NCBI GenBank assembly: GCA_036229005.1
Contig: JAZAMN010000048.1
Coordinates: 1 to 64,000, forward strand
DNA length: 64,000 bases
Direction of reading: 5' to 3'
Source of the DNA: Myxococcota bacterium
GTDB taxonomy: Bacteria > Myxococcota_A > UBA796 > CAJQPC01
Position 1 is the stretch's first letter. Each line of letters begins with the position of its first letter. The translations under genes and the position numbers were made by a program. Below the pieces are notes generated by a model. It was not told the DNA's origin and searched no databases. It worked only from the letters and a program-made list of their open reading frames with translations. Of this stretch, positions 20,647 through 30,275 are shown piece by piece.

Positions 20647-21397
20647 GCTCCCCGCCGACTGGCAGCGCGCCCTGGTCCACATGATCCGCGGCGCCGCCCC
20701 CGCCGACGGCGCCCTCTTCGCCGGCAGCGACAGCCTCAGCGGCGACGACCAGCTCGCCATCTACCGCGAGCAGTTCCAGCTCCGCGTGCCCGAAGCCCTC
20801 CGCCAGGACGCCCCCGGCCTCCACCACCTGCTGGGCGCCCAGGCCGATCTGACCTTCGGCCGCTACCTGCTGGAGTGCCCCCCCGACTCCTGGTCCCTGG
20901 ACCACCTGGGCCGCCGCCTGGAGGCCTGGCTTCTGGCCCAGCAGGCGCCCATCGAGCAGGTGGAGATGGCCCGCGTGGACGAGGCCGTCCAGCGCATCTT
21001 CTTCGCCCGGGAGCCCGTCCCTCTGCGCCCTGATGACCTCGCTGGCATGCCAAGGCTCAAGCGGTCTTCGGGGCTGGAGATGCTGCGCCTGACCCGGTCG
21101 GTTCACCGATACCGGGCCCAGGCGCTGGGTGGTGAGCCCCCCGACCCCATAGAGCCCGGGGACTTCTTCCTCCTCCTGCACAGAAAGCAGCGGCGCGTAC
21201 GCCACCTGGAGGTCCACCCCGCCTGCTACCACCTGCTGCAGCACATCGAAGCCGGCATCCAGCCCGCCGTCGAGGACACACTGGCGTCCGGCCTGATCGA
21301 CGCTGACACCCTCGGGGCGCAGATCTCCGCTTGGTTCCGCGTGTTCGCCGAGCGGGGCCTGGTGGAGCTGGACACCGGGGGAGCGCGCGCCGGTTAA
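20639..21397 (+). CDS. DUF2063-type MNIO partner protein
   Basis: QLAIYREQF, EMARVD; overlaps the end of DUF692. Confidence 0.8.
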   Translation: MSELPADWQRALVHMIRGAAPADGALFAGSDSLSGDDQLAIYREQFQLRVPEALRQDAPGLHHLLGAQADLTFGRYLLECPPDSWSLDHLGRRLEAWLLAQQAPIEQVEMARVDEAVQRIFFAREPVPLRPDDLAGMPRLKRSSGLEMLRLTRSVHRYRAQALGGEPPDPIEPGDFFLLLHRKQRRVRHLEVHPACYHLLQHIEAGIQPAVEDTLASGLIDADTLGAQISAWFRVFAERGLVELDTGGARAG

Positions 21398-21421
21398 GCG
21401 GGGGGCGACTCGGAGACCTCC

Positions 21422-21901
21422 ATGGCCGAACGTGACGCCCTCATCGCCGCTCTGCAGCCCATCCTGGCCACCCTGAGCACCCTGGACCCCCAGGACCCCC
21501 AGGCCGCCATGGCCACCCTCAACGAGCGCCACCCCATCGCCTCCCTGGGCGAGCTGGCCGCCTTCGTCCGCCTGGGCGTCGAAGAGGGCTGGCTCTGCGA
21601 TCGCGAGGCCAACGGCGTCAAGTTCTCCCGCGTCGCCAAGCCCGCCGACCCCATGGCCGCCGGCATGAGCATCGACGCCGTCCACATGTGCGCCGCCGGC
21701 CCCGGACACACCCACCCCAAGGGCGAGTTCGACCTCTGCTTCGCGGTCTCCGGCGACCCCCGCTTTGACGGCAAGCCCCCCGGCTGGACGGTGTACCCTC
21801 CCGGCTCCTGGCATGAGCCCACCGTCTCCGGCGGCGTCATGGACATCCTCTACTTCCTCCCCGACGGCGCCATGCGCTTCGAGGCCAAGCCCCAGCCATG
21901 A
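21422..21901 (+). CDS. DUF4863 / PnbB-like cupin
   Basis: GWLC, HTHPKGEFDL, GWTVYPPGSWHEPTV and LYFLPDGA motifs. Confidence 0.8.
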   Translation: MAERDALIAALQPILATLSTLDPQDPQAAMATLNERHPIASLGELAAFVRLGVEEGWLCDREANGVKFSRVAKPADPMAAGMSIDAVHMCAAGPGHTHPKGEFDLCFAVSGDPRFDGKPPGWTVYPPGSWHEPTVSGGVMDILYFLPDGAMRFEAKPQP

Positions 21902-22602
21902 GCGAGCGCCCGCAGCCCAGCCCCCCGGAGCGCACCCCCTTGCAGCGCGCCGGGGCCCACCTGCGGGCCGCCTTCATCCTCTTCCACTGCGTCGCCATCT
22001 TCCTGATGGCCTTCCCCTCGCCCGGCTCCGCCATGAAGAAGTCGGCGTGGCGGGATCCCACCGTCCAGGCCGAGTTCGCCGCCTGGACCGAGCGCATCAA
22101 CGGCTGGGGCGCGGACATCACCCAGCAGGAGCTCGAGGACGAGCTCTGGGAGCTCGCGCTGGTCTACACCGAGGGCCGCAACACCCTGCTCAAGCCCCTG
22201 CGCCCCTACTACAAGTACACCTGCACCCCGCAGTCCTGGCGCATGTTCGTGGCGCCCCACCGCTACCCCGCCAAGCTCGAGATCCACGTCAAGATCGACG
22301 GACAGTGGGTCCCCGCCTACATCGCCCGCGACCCCGAGCACAACTGGCAGGGCCGCGCCCTGGACCACGACCGCTTCCGCTCGGCCATCTTCCGCTTCTC
22401 CTGGTCCGCCTACGCGAAGACCTACAAGAGCTTCCAGACCTGGGTCGGGGTGCGCGCCGCCGCGGACTTCCCTGAGGCCACCCACGTCCGCACCCAGTTC
22501 CAGAAGTACAAGACCCCCTCCCCCGAGCAGGTCAAGAGCGGCAAGCGCCCCAAGCCCAAGGTCATCCTCACCCGGGTGCAGGACCTGGAGGACTACCGAT
22601 GA
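21898..22602 (+). CDS. HTTM-partner membrane protein (SdpA/DUF5819-like)
   Basis: N-terminal TM and QSWRMFVAP motif; coupled to the HTTM gene. Confidence 0.6.
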   Translation: MSERPQPSPPERTPLQRAGAHLRAAFILFHCVAIFLMAFPSPGSAMKKSAWRDPTVQAEFAAWTERINGWGADITQQELEDELWELALVYTEGRNTLLKPLRPYYKYTCTPQSWRMFVAPHRYPAKLEIHVKIDGQWVPAYIARDPEHNWQGRALDHDRFRSAIFRFSWSAYAKTYKSFQTWVGVRAAADFPEATHVRTQFQKYKTPSPEQVKSGKRPKPKVILTRVQDLEDYR

Positions 22603-23609
22603 AGGCCTGGTCCCGACTCGTCGCCCTGCTCTCCACCAAGGAGCACCCGCGCGTCCTGGCCCTCTTCCGCATCGCCCTGGGCCTGTGCGCGGTCTACACC
22701 ATCGGCACCGTCATGCTCCACGGCGTGGTCGACGACGTCTGGATGGACGTGGCCGACGGCGGCTACAGGCACCTCACCCGCGGCAACTTCCTGGTGCAGT
22801 GGCTGGGCGGCACCAGCCCCCAGATGGTGTGGGGCATGAGCATCACCGCGCTGGTCGCCTCCATCGCCATGACCCTGGGCCTGGGGGGCCGCTTCACGGT
22901 CTTCTTGACCCTCTGGACCGTCACCGCCGCCACCGACTTCAACTCCCAGGCCTCCGGCAGCTACGACGAGCTGCTCTCCTCGGCCATCTTCCTGCTCCTG
23001 CTGGGCCGCCCCACCCAGACCTTCTCGCTGGACAGCCGCATCCGGCGCGGCCGCTTCATCGACCACACCCCCATCTACGCCTTCCCCCGCTGGATGGCGC
23101 TGTTCCAGCTCGTCCTGGTCTACTGGGCCACCGGCATGCAGAAGCTCTCCTTCTACTGGGTCCCTGGCGGCGAGTGGAGCGCGCTCTACTACATCCTCCA
23201 GCAGCCCTCCTGGCAGCGCTGGGACATGAGCTGGGTCGCGTACATCTACCCCCTCACCCAGGTCATGACCGGCCTCACCTGGTTCTGGGAGGTCGGCGCC
23301 CCCCTGCTCCTGCTCGCCTTCTGGTACCGCCACACCCGGCAGCGCCCCGGCCGCCTGCGCCGCGCCTTCAACCGCATCGACTTCCGCGGCATCTACGCCC
23401 TCATCGGCATCGGCCTGCACCTCTCCGTGTTCGCCACCATGGAGGTCGGCCCCTTCTCCTGGGTCAGCCTCTCCTACTACCTCTGCTTCTTCTCCCCCGA
23501 CGAATATCACCGCGCCTGGCAGCGCCTGATGCGCGCACTGGGCCGCGCCCCTGACACGGATGTCGCGGTTGTTGAGCCCGCCAAAGAGGCAGTAGATCCT
23601 CCTCACTGA
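22599..23609 (+). CDS. HTTM-domain membrane protein (SdpB/VKGC-like)
   Basis: LALFRIALG, SLD, QLVLVYWATGMQKL, WE and LH...VGPFS motifs; multi-TM. Confidence 0.85.
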   Translation: MKAWSRLVALLSTKEHPRVLALFRIALGLCAVYTIGTVMLHGVVDDVWMDVADGGYRHLTRGNFLVQWLGGTSPQMVWGMSITALVASIAMTLGLGGRFTVFLTLWTVTAATDFNSQASGSYDELLSSAIFLLLLGRPTQTFSLDSRIRRGRFIDHTPIYAFPRWMALFQLVLVYWATGMQKLSFYWVPGGEWSALYYILQQPSWQRWDMSWVAYIYPLTQVMTGLTWFWEVGAPLLLLAFWYRHTRQRPGRLRRAFNRIDFRGIYALIGIGLHLSVFATMEVGPFSWVSLSYYLCFFSPDEYHRAWQRLMRALGRAPDTDVAVVEPAKEAVDPPH

Positions 23610-23621
23610 GACGGAGGACCC

Positions 23622-24788
23622 ATGCCCTTTCTGACCCTGCTGCTCGCCTGTGAGCAGCCCCTGGTGCAGGCCCCCGACCCGGGCTCCTGGACGGACCTGG
23701 ACCTCGAGGTCGGCGTCGCCGGTCAGCCCGTCGGGCCCCACTCCACGCTCTACAGCGACGGAGATTGGAGCATCCGAGGCCCGGCTGGTGGCACCCAGGA
23801 GATCCTCACCGGCCCCTGGCAGCCCGAGCTCCTGGACGCCAGCGGCCAGCCCGTCGCCCTGGTCAACAGCCCCTTCACCTCCCACTGGGAGCCCTACGTC
23901 CAGGACACCGACCACAACGACTGGGCCCCCCGCTGGATCGCCCCCGCCGGCCTCACCCCCGGCGAGACCTACAGCTTCTCCAGCCTGTTCTTGGACGGCG
24001 ACCCGGCCCAGCCCTACCCGCTGGACGGCGAGCTCTCCTTCACCGTCGCCGAGCTGGCCCCCGACACCTTCTCTCTGGAGGAGGGAGATGTCTTCCGCGT
24101 CGAGGGATACCGGCTCAACGTCCTGGACTCCATCCTGCAGGCCTACGGCACAAGCTGGCTGCGCATCGGCCAGGTCACCGAGTCGCAGGTCCGCATGGAG
24201 CTGATCATCGAGTCCGACTTCCGCTGCCGGGCCGTCAACGCCTGGGTGGATCGGGATGGCGACAGCCTCCGCTGGCAGACCCAGGAGATCCGCCTCCCCT
24301 ACAGCCAAGACATCGAGCTTGTCGGCCAGGGCATCTTCGTGGATCTGCCCCTGAGCGCCGACGGCGACTTCATCGCCGGCCAGGCCAGCATGACCGTCCA
24401 GGCCGCCGGCTTCGATGCGCTCATGGCCGCGTCCAACGACGACTGGCAGGACGGCGAGCTCTGCGATCTCATCGCCGGCTTTGGGGCCTCCTGCTTCCCC
24501 TGCCTGGAGGGCGAGGGCGAGTGCCGACACTTCTACGTGTCCGATCTGCATGCGGTTGCCCTCGCTGACGCCGAGGCTGCTGCGTTTGATGAGGACCTGC
24601 CCACCTGCGGGGTGGACGCGAGCAGCCTCGAGCTCCCCGTCATCGACCTCTCCGGCCTGGACCTGGACTGCGGCTGCACCACCGCCGCGGGCTTCTCCTC
24701 CGCCTCCCTGGGCTGGCTCGCTCTGGCCCTGGTGCGGACGCGACGGCGCAAGAAGCGCAAGGGCGGGGAGGACGGGAAGCAGGCATGA
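23622..24788 (+). CDS. Secreted/lipoprotein with MYXO-CTERM-like tail
   Basis: LLLAC N-terminus; C-terminal CGC-TM-RRRKK. Confidence 0.75.
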   Translation: MPFLTLLLACEQPLVQAPDPGSWTDLDLEVGVAGQPVGPHSTLYSDGDWSIRGPAGGTQEILTGPWQPELLDASGQPVALVNSPFTSHWEPYVQDTDHNDWAPRWIAPAGLTPGETYSFSSLFLDGDPAQPYPLDGELSFTVAELAPDTFSLEEGDVFRVEGYRLNVLDSILQAYGTSWLRIGQVTESQVRMELIIESDFRCRAVNAWVDRDGDSLRWQTQEIRLPYSQDIELVGQGIFVDLPLSADGDFIAGQASMTVQAAGFDALMAASNDDWQDGELCDLIAGFGASCFPCLEGEGECRHFYVSDLHAVALADAEAAAFDEDLPTCGVDASSLELPVIDLSGLDLDCGCTTAAGFSSASLGWLALALVRTRRRKKRKGGEDGKQA

Positions 24789-25871
24789 GCGTCCTGCTCC
24801 TGGCCCTCGCCTGCGGGGAGGAGCTGGCTGACAGCGGGCAGCTCCTGTCCTCGGAGGTGGCGGAGCTTCGGCCCGCCCAGCGAGCCGCTCCCCACAGCAC
24901 GCTCGCGGCCGACGTGCTCACCATCCGAATGGCCCCCACCGGCGAGGAGCTCGACCTCAGCGAGCGCTGGGCCCCCGCCGTCCAGGACCCGCACGGCGTC
25001 CAGGTGGTCTTGGCGCCCTACCCCTCGGAGGACGCCTTCATCGAGCACCTGTACCCACTCCCTGAGGGGCTTCGGCCTCCGGTGCTGAGCTGGCAGGCCG
25101 CCGATGGGCTCACTCCGGGCGCCTACCAAGTCCTGGGCGTGACGGCTCCGGGCGGCCAGCTCCATGGCTTCTCGTCCCCCATGGAGTTTGAGGTGCAGGC
25201 CCTCGCCGTGAATCTAGACGGCCTGGAGGCAGGGCAGGTCTGGGAGGTTGAGCACTGGATCGGAGAGGAGTGGTCCAGACTGGCGCTGTCCCACTTGCGG
25301 TTCTTCATCCGCATCGCAGCGGCGCGAAGGGAGCAGGTCGACGTCCAGCTACTGGCATCCTCCGGCGGGCCACCTTGCGGTGTGGTCGCCCTGTCCATGG
25401 ACCGCGATGGCGGGGAGCTGCGCTGGTCGAGGCGGGCCCTGACCTTGCCGGTGCGGAACAGCGAGCCCATTGCGCTGATGGGCATGGAGCTGCTGCTCCC
25501 CATCTCGGAGGGGGGCGAGATCGCAGCAGGCCGGGCGCAGCTCCTCGCCGAAGCTGCCGGTCTCGATGCGGCCATGGGGGTCAACACCCCGGAGTGGGAG
25601 GCCGGGGACCTCTGCGCGCTCACCCAGAGCTGCCTCCCCTGCTCCGACCCCGAGCTGGACTGTCTCCCCGTTCACATCAGCGACGTCTGGGCCTCTCCCC
25701 TGTCCTCGGATGAGCTCGCGGCCTTCGACGGCCAGGAGATCCAGTCCTGTCAGGCGGACGCCCAGGCCCTCCCCGTCCTGGACTGCGGCTGCACCACCGC
25801 CGCGGGCTTCTCCTCCGCCTCCCTCGGCTGGCTCGCTCTGGCCCTGGTGCGGACGCGACGGCGCAAGAAGC
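24662..25871 (+). repeat. 95-bp direct repeat (24662-24756 and 25777-25871)
   Basis: 94/95 identical; the single mismatch is at 24710/25825. Confidence 0.9.
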
Positions 25872-25915
25872 AGGCCCAGCGTGCCCAGGACAGCGGGGAG
25901 CCGTCGGAGGCCTGA
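24785..25915 (+). CDS. Paralog of the preceding protein with the same C-terminal tail
   Basis: LALAC N-terminus; shared PHSTL, GLTPG and AAGxDA motifs; near-identical tail. Confidence 0.7.
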   Translation: MSVLLLALACGEELADSGQLLSSEVAELRPAQRAAPHSTLAADVLTIRMAPTGEELDLSERWAPAVQDPHGVQVVLAPYPSEDAFIEHLYPLPEGLRPPVLSWQAADGLTPGAYQVLGVTAPGGQLHGFSSPMEFEVQALAVNLDGLEAGQVWEVEHWIGEEWSRLALSHLRFFIRIAAARREQVDVQLLASSGGPPCGVVALSMDRDGGELRWSRRALTLPVRNSEPIALMGMELLLPISEGGEIAAGRAQLLAEAAGLDAAMGVNTPEWEAGDLCALTQSCLPCSDPELDCLPVHISDVWASPLSSDELAAFDGQEIQSCQADAQALPVLDCGCTTAAGFSSASLGWLALALVRTRRRKKQAQRAQDSGEPSEA

Positions 25916-25955
25916 GCACCGGGTTAGACTGGCTGTCCCCTCCCAGGAGACAGAC

Positions 25956-26684
25956 GTGTTCCAGACCGCCATCGTCATCGGCGCCAGCTCCGGCATCGGC
26001 GAGCACATCGTCCGCAAGCTCGCCGCCCGCGGCACCACCGTCTGCGCGGTCGCCCGCCGCAAGGAGCGCCTGGAGGCCATCGCCAAGGACTGGCCCGGCC
26101 GCATCCACCCCGTCGTCCACGACGTGCGGGACTACGACGCCGCCCCCGATCTCTACGACCAGATGCTGGAGACCCTGGGCGGCAAGCTGGACTGCTTCAT
26201 CTACAACGCCGGCGTGATGCCCCCGGTCGAAGAGTCCGAGTACAACTGGGACAAGGACCGCCTGATGATGGAGGTCAACCTGATGGGCGCCGTGCGCTGG
26301 TTCAACCTGGCCGCCCCCACCATGGAGGCCGCCCGCAGCGGCACCCTGGTCGGCGTCTCCTCCGTCGCCGGAGACCGCGGCCGCCGCGGCTCGCCCATGT
26401 ACACCGCCTCCAAGGCCGGCCTGACCGCCACCATGGAGGCCCTGCGCAACCGCCTGGACCGCTACGGGGTCAGCGTGGTGACCGCCAAGCCCGGCCCCGT
26501 GCGCACCGACATGACCGCCGGCATGCAGCTCCCCCTGATGATCGAGGCCCACGAGGCCGCCGAGGGCATCCTGCAGCTCGCCGAGCGCGGCACCGGCAGC
26601 GGCTACGTCCCCAAGACCTGGATGCCCATCATGAACGTCATCAAGGTCGTCCCCAGCTTCATCTTCCGCAAGACCAACATCTGA
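25956..26684 (+). CDS. SDR, DprE2-like
   Basis: GASSGIG, SSVAGDRGR, YTASK and KPGPVRT motifs; coupled to a DprE1-like gene. Confidence 0.75.
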   Translation: MFQTAIVIGASSGIGEHIVRKLAARGTTVCAVARRKERLEAIAKDWPGRIHPVVHDVRDYDAAPDLYDQMLETLGGKLDCFIYNAGVMPPVEESEYNWDKDRLMMEVNLMGAVRWFNLAAPTMEAARSGTLVGVSSVAGDRGRRGSPMYTASKAGLTATMEALRNRLDRYGVSVVTAKPGPVRTDMTAGMQLPLMIEAHEAAEGILQLAERGTGSGYVPKTWMPIMNVIKVVPSFIFRKTNI

Positions 26685-28120
26685 TGTCTGTGCAGCCGGC
26701 TCTGGAGCGGCCCCTCAACCAGCTCCCCCGACGCGTCTTCGACGGCTTCGGCATGGCCCACCGGGCCCTCTCCCCCTTCCTGACGCCCACCTCCGCCGAC
26801 GAGCTCGCCGCCATCTTCCAGCGGGCCGCCGAGCTGGAGACCACCGTGGCCTTCCGCGGCTCCGGGCGCAGCTACGGCGACGCCGCCATCAACGGCCAGG
26901 GCATGGTCCTGGACATGCGGTCCATGAACCGCGTGCTCTCCTGGGATCGCGAGACCGGCGTCATCGAGGCCGAGCCCGGCCTGAGCATCCAGCAGCTCTG
27001 GCAGCGCACCCTGCCCGACGGCTGGTGGCCCCCCGTGGTGCCCGGCACCAGCTTCCCCACCCTGGGCGGCTGCCTGGCCATGAACATCCACGGAAAGAAC
27101 CACTACAAGATGGGCGGAATCGGCGACCACGTCCAGGAGATCGACCTGGTCACCCCCGCCGGCGAGATCCACACCCTCTCCCGCGAGCAGCGCCCCGAGC
27201 TCTTCCACGCCGCCATCTCCGGCTTCGGCATGCTGGGCGCCATCACCCGCATCAAGCTCCAGCTCAAGCGCGTGCACGGCGGCCGCCTGCGCGTCGCCCA
27301 GTGGGCCGTCCCCGACCTGCGCGCCCAGTTCGAGGCCTTCCAGGACGCCTCCCGCTTCGACTACTTCGTGTCCTGGGTCGACTGCATCGGCGGCGGCGCT
27401 GCCGGTCGCGGCCAGCTCCACCGGGCCACCTACACCGCCCCGGGCGAAGACCCCATGGGCACCCGCACCCAGAACGTCGCCGGCCAGTCGCTGCCCAAGA
27501 CCATGATGGGCGTCCCCATGCCTCTGGTGCCCACCGTCCTCAAGATCTTCTACTCCAGCAACCTGGGCGTCCACTTCACCAACGAGGCCAAGTACCGCGC
27601 CTCCACTCTGGGCAGCACCGCCGACTACTACCAGTCCCACGCCGCCTTCCACTTCCTGCTGGACCAGATGCCCGGCTTCCGCAACGCCTACGAGCCCGGC
27701 GGCTTCCTCCAGTACCAGCCCTTCGTGCCCGCGGAGAACGCCGAGCGCGTGTTCAACGAGATCCTGCGCGTCTCCAAGCAGCGCGGCATCATGAGCTACC
27801 TGGGCGTCCTCAAGCGCTACCGCCCCGACGACTTCCTGCTCTCCCACGCCCTCGACGGCTACAGCCTGGCCCTGGACTACCCCATCACCCGCGCCAACCA
27901 GGCCCCCCTCTACGCCATGCTCCACGAGCTCACCGAGCTCGTCCTGGACGCCGGCGGCCGCTTCTACCCCGCCAAGGACAGCATCCTGCGGCCCGAGCAC
28001 TTCCGCCGGGCCTTCGGTCAGGAGGCCATCACCAGGTTCCGCACCCTGCGGGACCAGTGCGACCCCAACCGCATCCTGCGGACCAACTGGGCTGCGCGGG
28101 TCGGCGTGGACGAGGGGTGA
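26684..28120 (+). CDS. FAD-binding oxidoreductase, DprE1-like
   Basis: RGSGRSYGDAA, PVVPGT, IHGKNH, GFLQYQ and GGRFYPAKD motifs. Confidence 0.8.
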   Translation: MSVQPALERPLNQLPRRVFDGFGMAHRALSPFLTPTSADELAAIFQRAAELETTVAFRGSGRSYGDAAINGQGMVLDMRSMNRVLSWDRETGVIEAEPGLSIQQLWQRTLPDGWWPPVVPGTSFPTLGGCLAMNIHGKNHYKMGGIGDHVQEIDLVTPAGEIHTLSREQRPELFHAAISGFGMLGAITRIKLQLKRVHGGRLRVAQWAVPDLRAQFEAFQDASRFDYFVSWVDCIGGGAAGRGQLHRATYTAPGEDPMGTRTQNVAGQSLPKTMMGVPMPLVPTVLKIFYSSNLGVHFTNEAKYRASTLGSTADYYQSHAAFHFLLDQMPGFRNAYEPGGFLQYQPFVPAENAERVFNEILRVSKQRGIMSYLGVLKRYRPDDFLLSHALDGYSLALDYPITRANQAPLYAMLHELTELVLDAGGRFYPAKDSILRPEHFRRAFGQEAITRFRTLRDQCDPNRILRTNWAARVGVDEG

Positions 28121-28160
28121 TTGTTCACGGGGGAGCGGCCTGATCCGCTACCCTCCCCCC

Positions 28161-29762
28161 ATGCCCCGCAAAGAACGCTACTGGTCCAAGCGCGCCCCCC
28201 AAAGCTCCGGCCCCTGGGACGCCATCGTCATCGGCTCCGGCATGGGGGGCATGACCACCGCGGCCATGCTCGCCAAGATGGGCAAGAAGGTCCTGGTGCT
28301 CGAGCAGCACTACGTCCCTGGCGGCTTCACCCACAGCTTTCGCCGCAAGGGCTACGTCTGGGACGTCGGCGTGCACGCCGTCGGCGAGGTCACCCGCCAC
28401 AGCATGCCCGGCCGCCTGCTCCACCACCTCACGGACGGCCGCCTGCAGTGGGCCTCCCTGGGGCCGGTCTACGACGACTTCGAGTTCCCCGACGGCGTCC
28501 ACATCGGCTTCCCGGACAGCCCCGACAAGTTCCGGGCCGCCCTCCTGCAGGCCTTCCCCGACGAGCAGCCCGCCATCGACGCCTACCTGGCCGCCGTGCG
28601 CGAGGTCAGCGCCGCCATGAAGGGCTACTACTTCTCCCGCGCCCTCCCCAAGTGGATGCTCCCCGCCCGCTGGCTCATGTCCAGCAAGGCCGAGCGCTAC
28701 CTCTCCCTCAGCGCCCAGGACGAGATCGCAAAGCTCACCGACAACCCCCGACTTCGCACAGTCTTTGCCGCCCAGTGGGGTTACTACGGCGCGCCCCCCA
28801 GCCGCGCGTCCTGGGCCATGCAGGCCCTGGTCGTCAAGCACTTCATGCACGGCGGCTACTACCCCGTCGGTGGCTCCGAGCGCATCGCCGTCGAGCTCCT
28901 CCGCACCGTCTCCGAGGCCGGCGGCTGGACCCGCATCTGCGCCGACGTCGCACAGATCCTCGTCCAGGGAGGGCGGGCCGTCGGCGTCCGCATGGCCGAT
29001 GGCGAGGAGATCCACGCCAGGCAGGTCTTCTCCGCCGCCGGCATCCGCGCCACCACCACCCGCCTGCTCCCCCCCGAGTTGCGCACCCAGCCCTGGAGCC
29101 AAGAGGTCCAGCGCCTCAAGCCCGCCTCCGCCCACGTCTGCCTCTACATCGGCTTCAAGGGCGACATCCGGGCCGCCGGCGCCGGCAGCGCCAACCGCTG
29201 GTTCTGGAGCACCTGGGACACCGAGCACACCGTCTGGGACATCTCGGATCCCGACAACCTGCCCCCCGCCCCCATCCTCTACTGCAGCTTCCCCTCTCTC
29301 AAGGACCCGGAGCACGAGGAAGGAGCGGATCTGCGCCACACAGGAGAGGCTGTCACCTTTGTCCCCTGGGAGGCCTTCGAACACTGGAGCGGGACCCCTT
29401 GGCGCAAACGAGGTGCGGCCTATGACGCCCTCAAGCAAAAGCTCCAGGCCGGCCTCCTAGCACAGTTTCAGCACAAGATGCCCGCCCTGGCCCCCTTCAT
29501 CGACCACGTCGAGCTCTCCACCCCGCTGTCCAGCGAGTTCTTCGTGCGGCCCGTCCAGGGCTCCATCTACGGCCTGGAGCCCACCCCCGAGCGCTTCGCC
29601 GCCCAGTCCCTGCGCCCCCAGTCCCCCGTCAAGGACCTCTACTTCTCCGGCAGCGAGGTCGCCGCGGTCGGCGTCATCGGCGCGATGATGGGCGGCGTGC
29701 TCGGCGCGGTGGCGGCCGAGCCCCGGAAGGCGATGGGCCTCATTCGCAGCATCGGAGGCTGA
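28161..29762 (+). CDS. Phytoene desaturase / retinol saturase family FAD oxidoreductase
   Basis: IGSGMGG, LEQHYVPGGFTH, WDVGVH and STPL motifs. Confidence 0.85.
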   Translation: MPRKERYWSKRAPQSSGPWDAIVIGSGMGGMTTAAMLAKMGKKVLVLEQHYVPGGFTHSFRRKGYVWDVGVHAVGEVTRHSMPGRLLHHLTDGRLQWASLGPVYDDFEFPDGVHIGFPDSPDKFRAALLQAFPDEQPAIDAYLAAVREVSAAMKGYYFSRALPKWMLPARWLMSSKAERYLSLSAQDEIAKLTDNPRLRTVFAAQWGYYGAPPSRASWAMQALVVKHFMHGGYYPVGGSERIAVELLRTVSEAGGWTRICADVAQILVQGGRAVGVRMADGEEIHARQVFSAAGIRATTTRLLPPELRTQPWSQEVQRLKPASAHVCLYIGFKGDIRAAGAGSANRWFWSTWDTEHTVWDISDPDNLPPAPILYCSFPSLKDPEHEEGADLRHTGEAVTFVPWEAFEHWSGTPWRKRGAAYDALKQKLQAGLLAQFQHKMPALAPFIDHVELSTPLSSEFFVRPVQGSIYGLEPTPERFAAQSLRPQSPVKDLYFSGSEVAAVGVIGAMMGGVLGAVAAEPRKAMGLIRSIGG

Positions 29763-29877
29763 GGCTTCCGGGGGAGATCTCAGACCGGGGCGCGACACAC
29801 TTTCCGGCCCACCGCCCAAAACACCGCTCCCACTGACCCCTTGTCGCAACTCCCCCCCAAGCGAGGTCACCCGTAGT

Positions 29878-29893
29878 AGGCACGGCTCTTGCT
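29878..29893 (+). promoter_or_regulatory. Sigma54 -24/-12 promoter candidate
   Basis: AGGCACGGCTCTTGCT matches GG-N10-GC and the TGGCACG-N4-TTGCW consensus, 12 nt before ATG 29906. Confidence 0.6.
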
Positions 29894-30103
29894 GAGCTCC
29901 TGGGCATGCGAGACCACACACAGATCCTTGGCGTCCTCCTGGGCACCGCAGTCGGCGACGCCCTGGGCCTCCCCTTCGAGGGCCTCTCCCCCCGACGCAT
30001 CGCCCGGCTGGCGCACAGGCCCCGTGCCGGGGCAAGACTGCGCCACCAGTTCTTCCTCCGCCGGGGCATGGTCTCCGACGACACCGAGCACAGCGCCCTC
30101 CTA

Positions 30104-30275
30104 GTTCTGCCGGTCCGAAGTCACAACACGGAATAGTCCGGCAGAACGCCGGGCCCGAGTGGGCCCGCGGGGGTGCGCCGGAGGCGCATTCCGGGGGTGT
30201 CCCCCGGAGAAGACAATAGTTCTCTGAATCGCAAGTCCCGCCACCAAGGGTGTTGGGACTTGCGATTCAGAGAAC
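30104..30275. mobile_element. 172-bp non-autonomous structured element (MITE-like), copy 1, flanked by TA...TA
   Basis: Ends GTTCT...AGAAC, five hairpins. Removing it plus one TA restores the reading frame (HSALL|AAALAAS). Confidence 0.85.
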
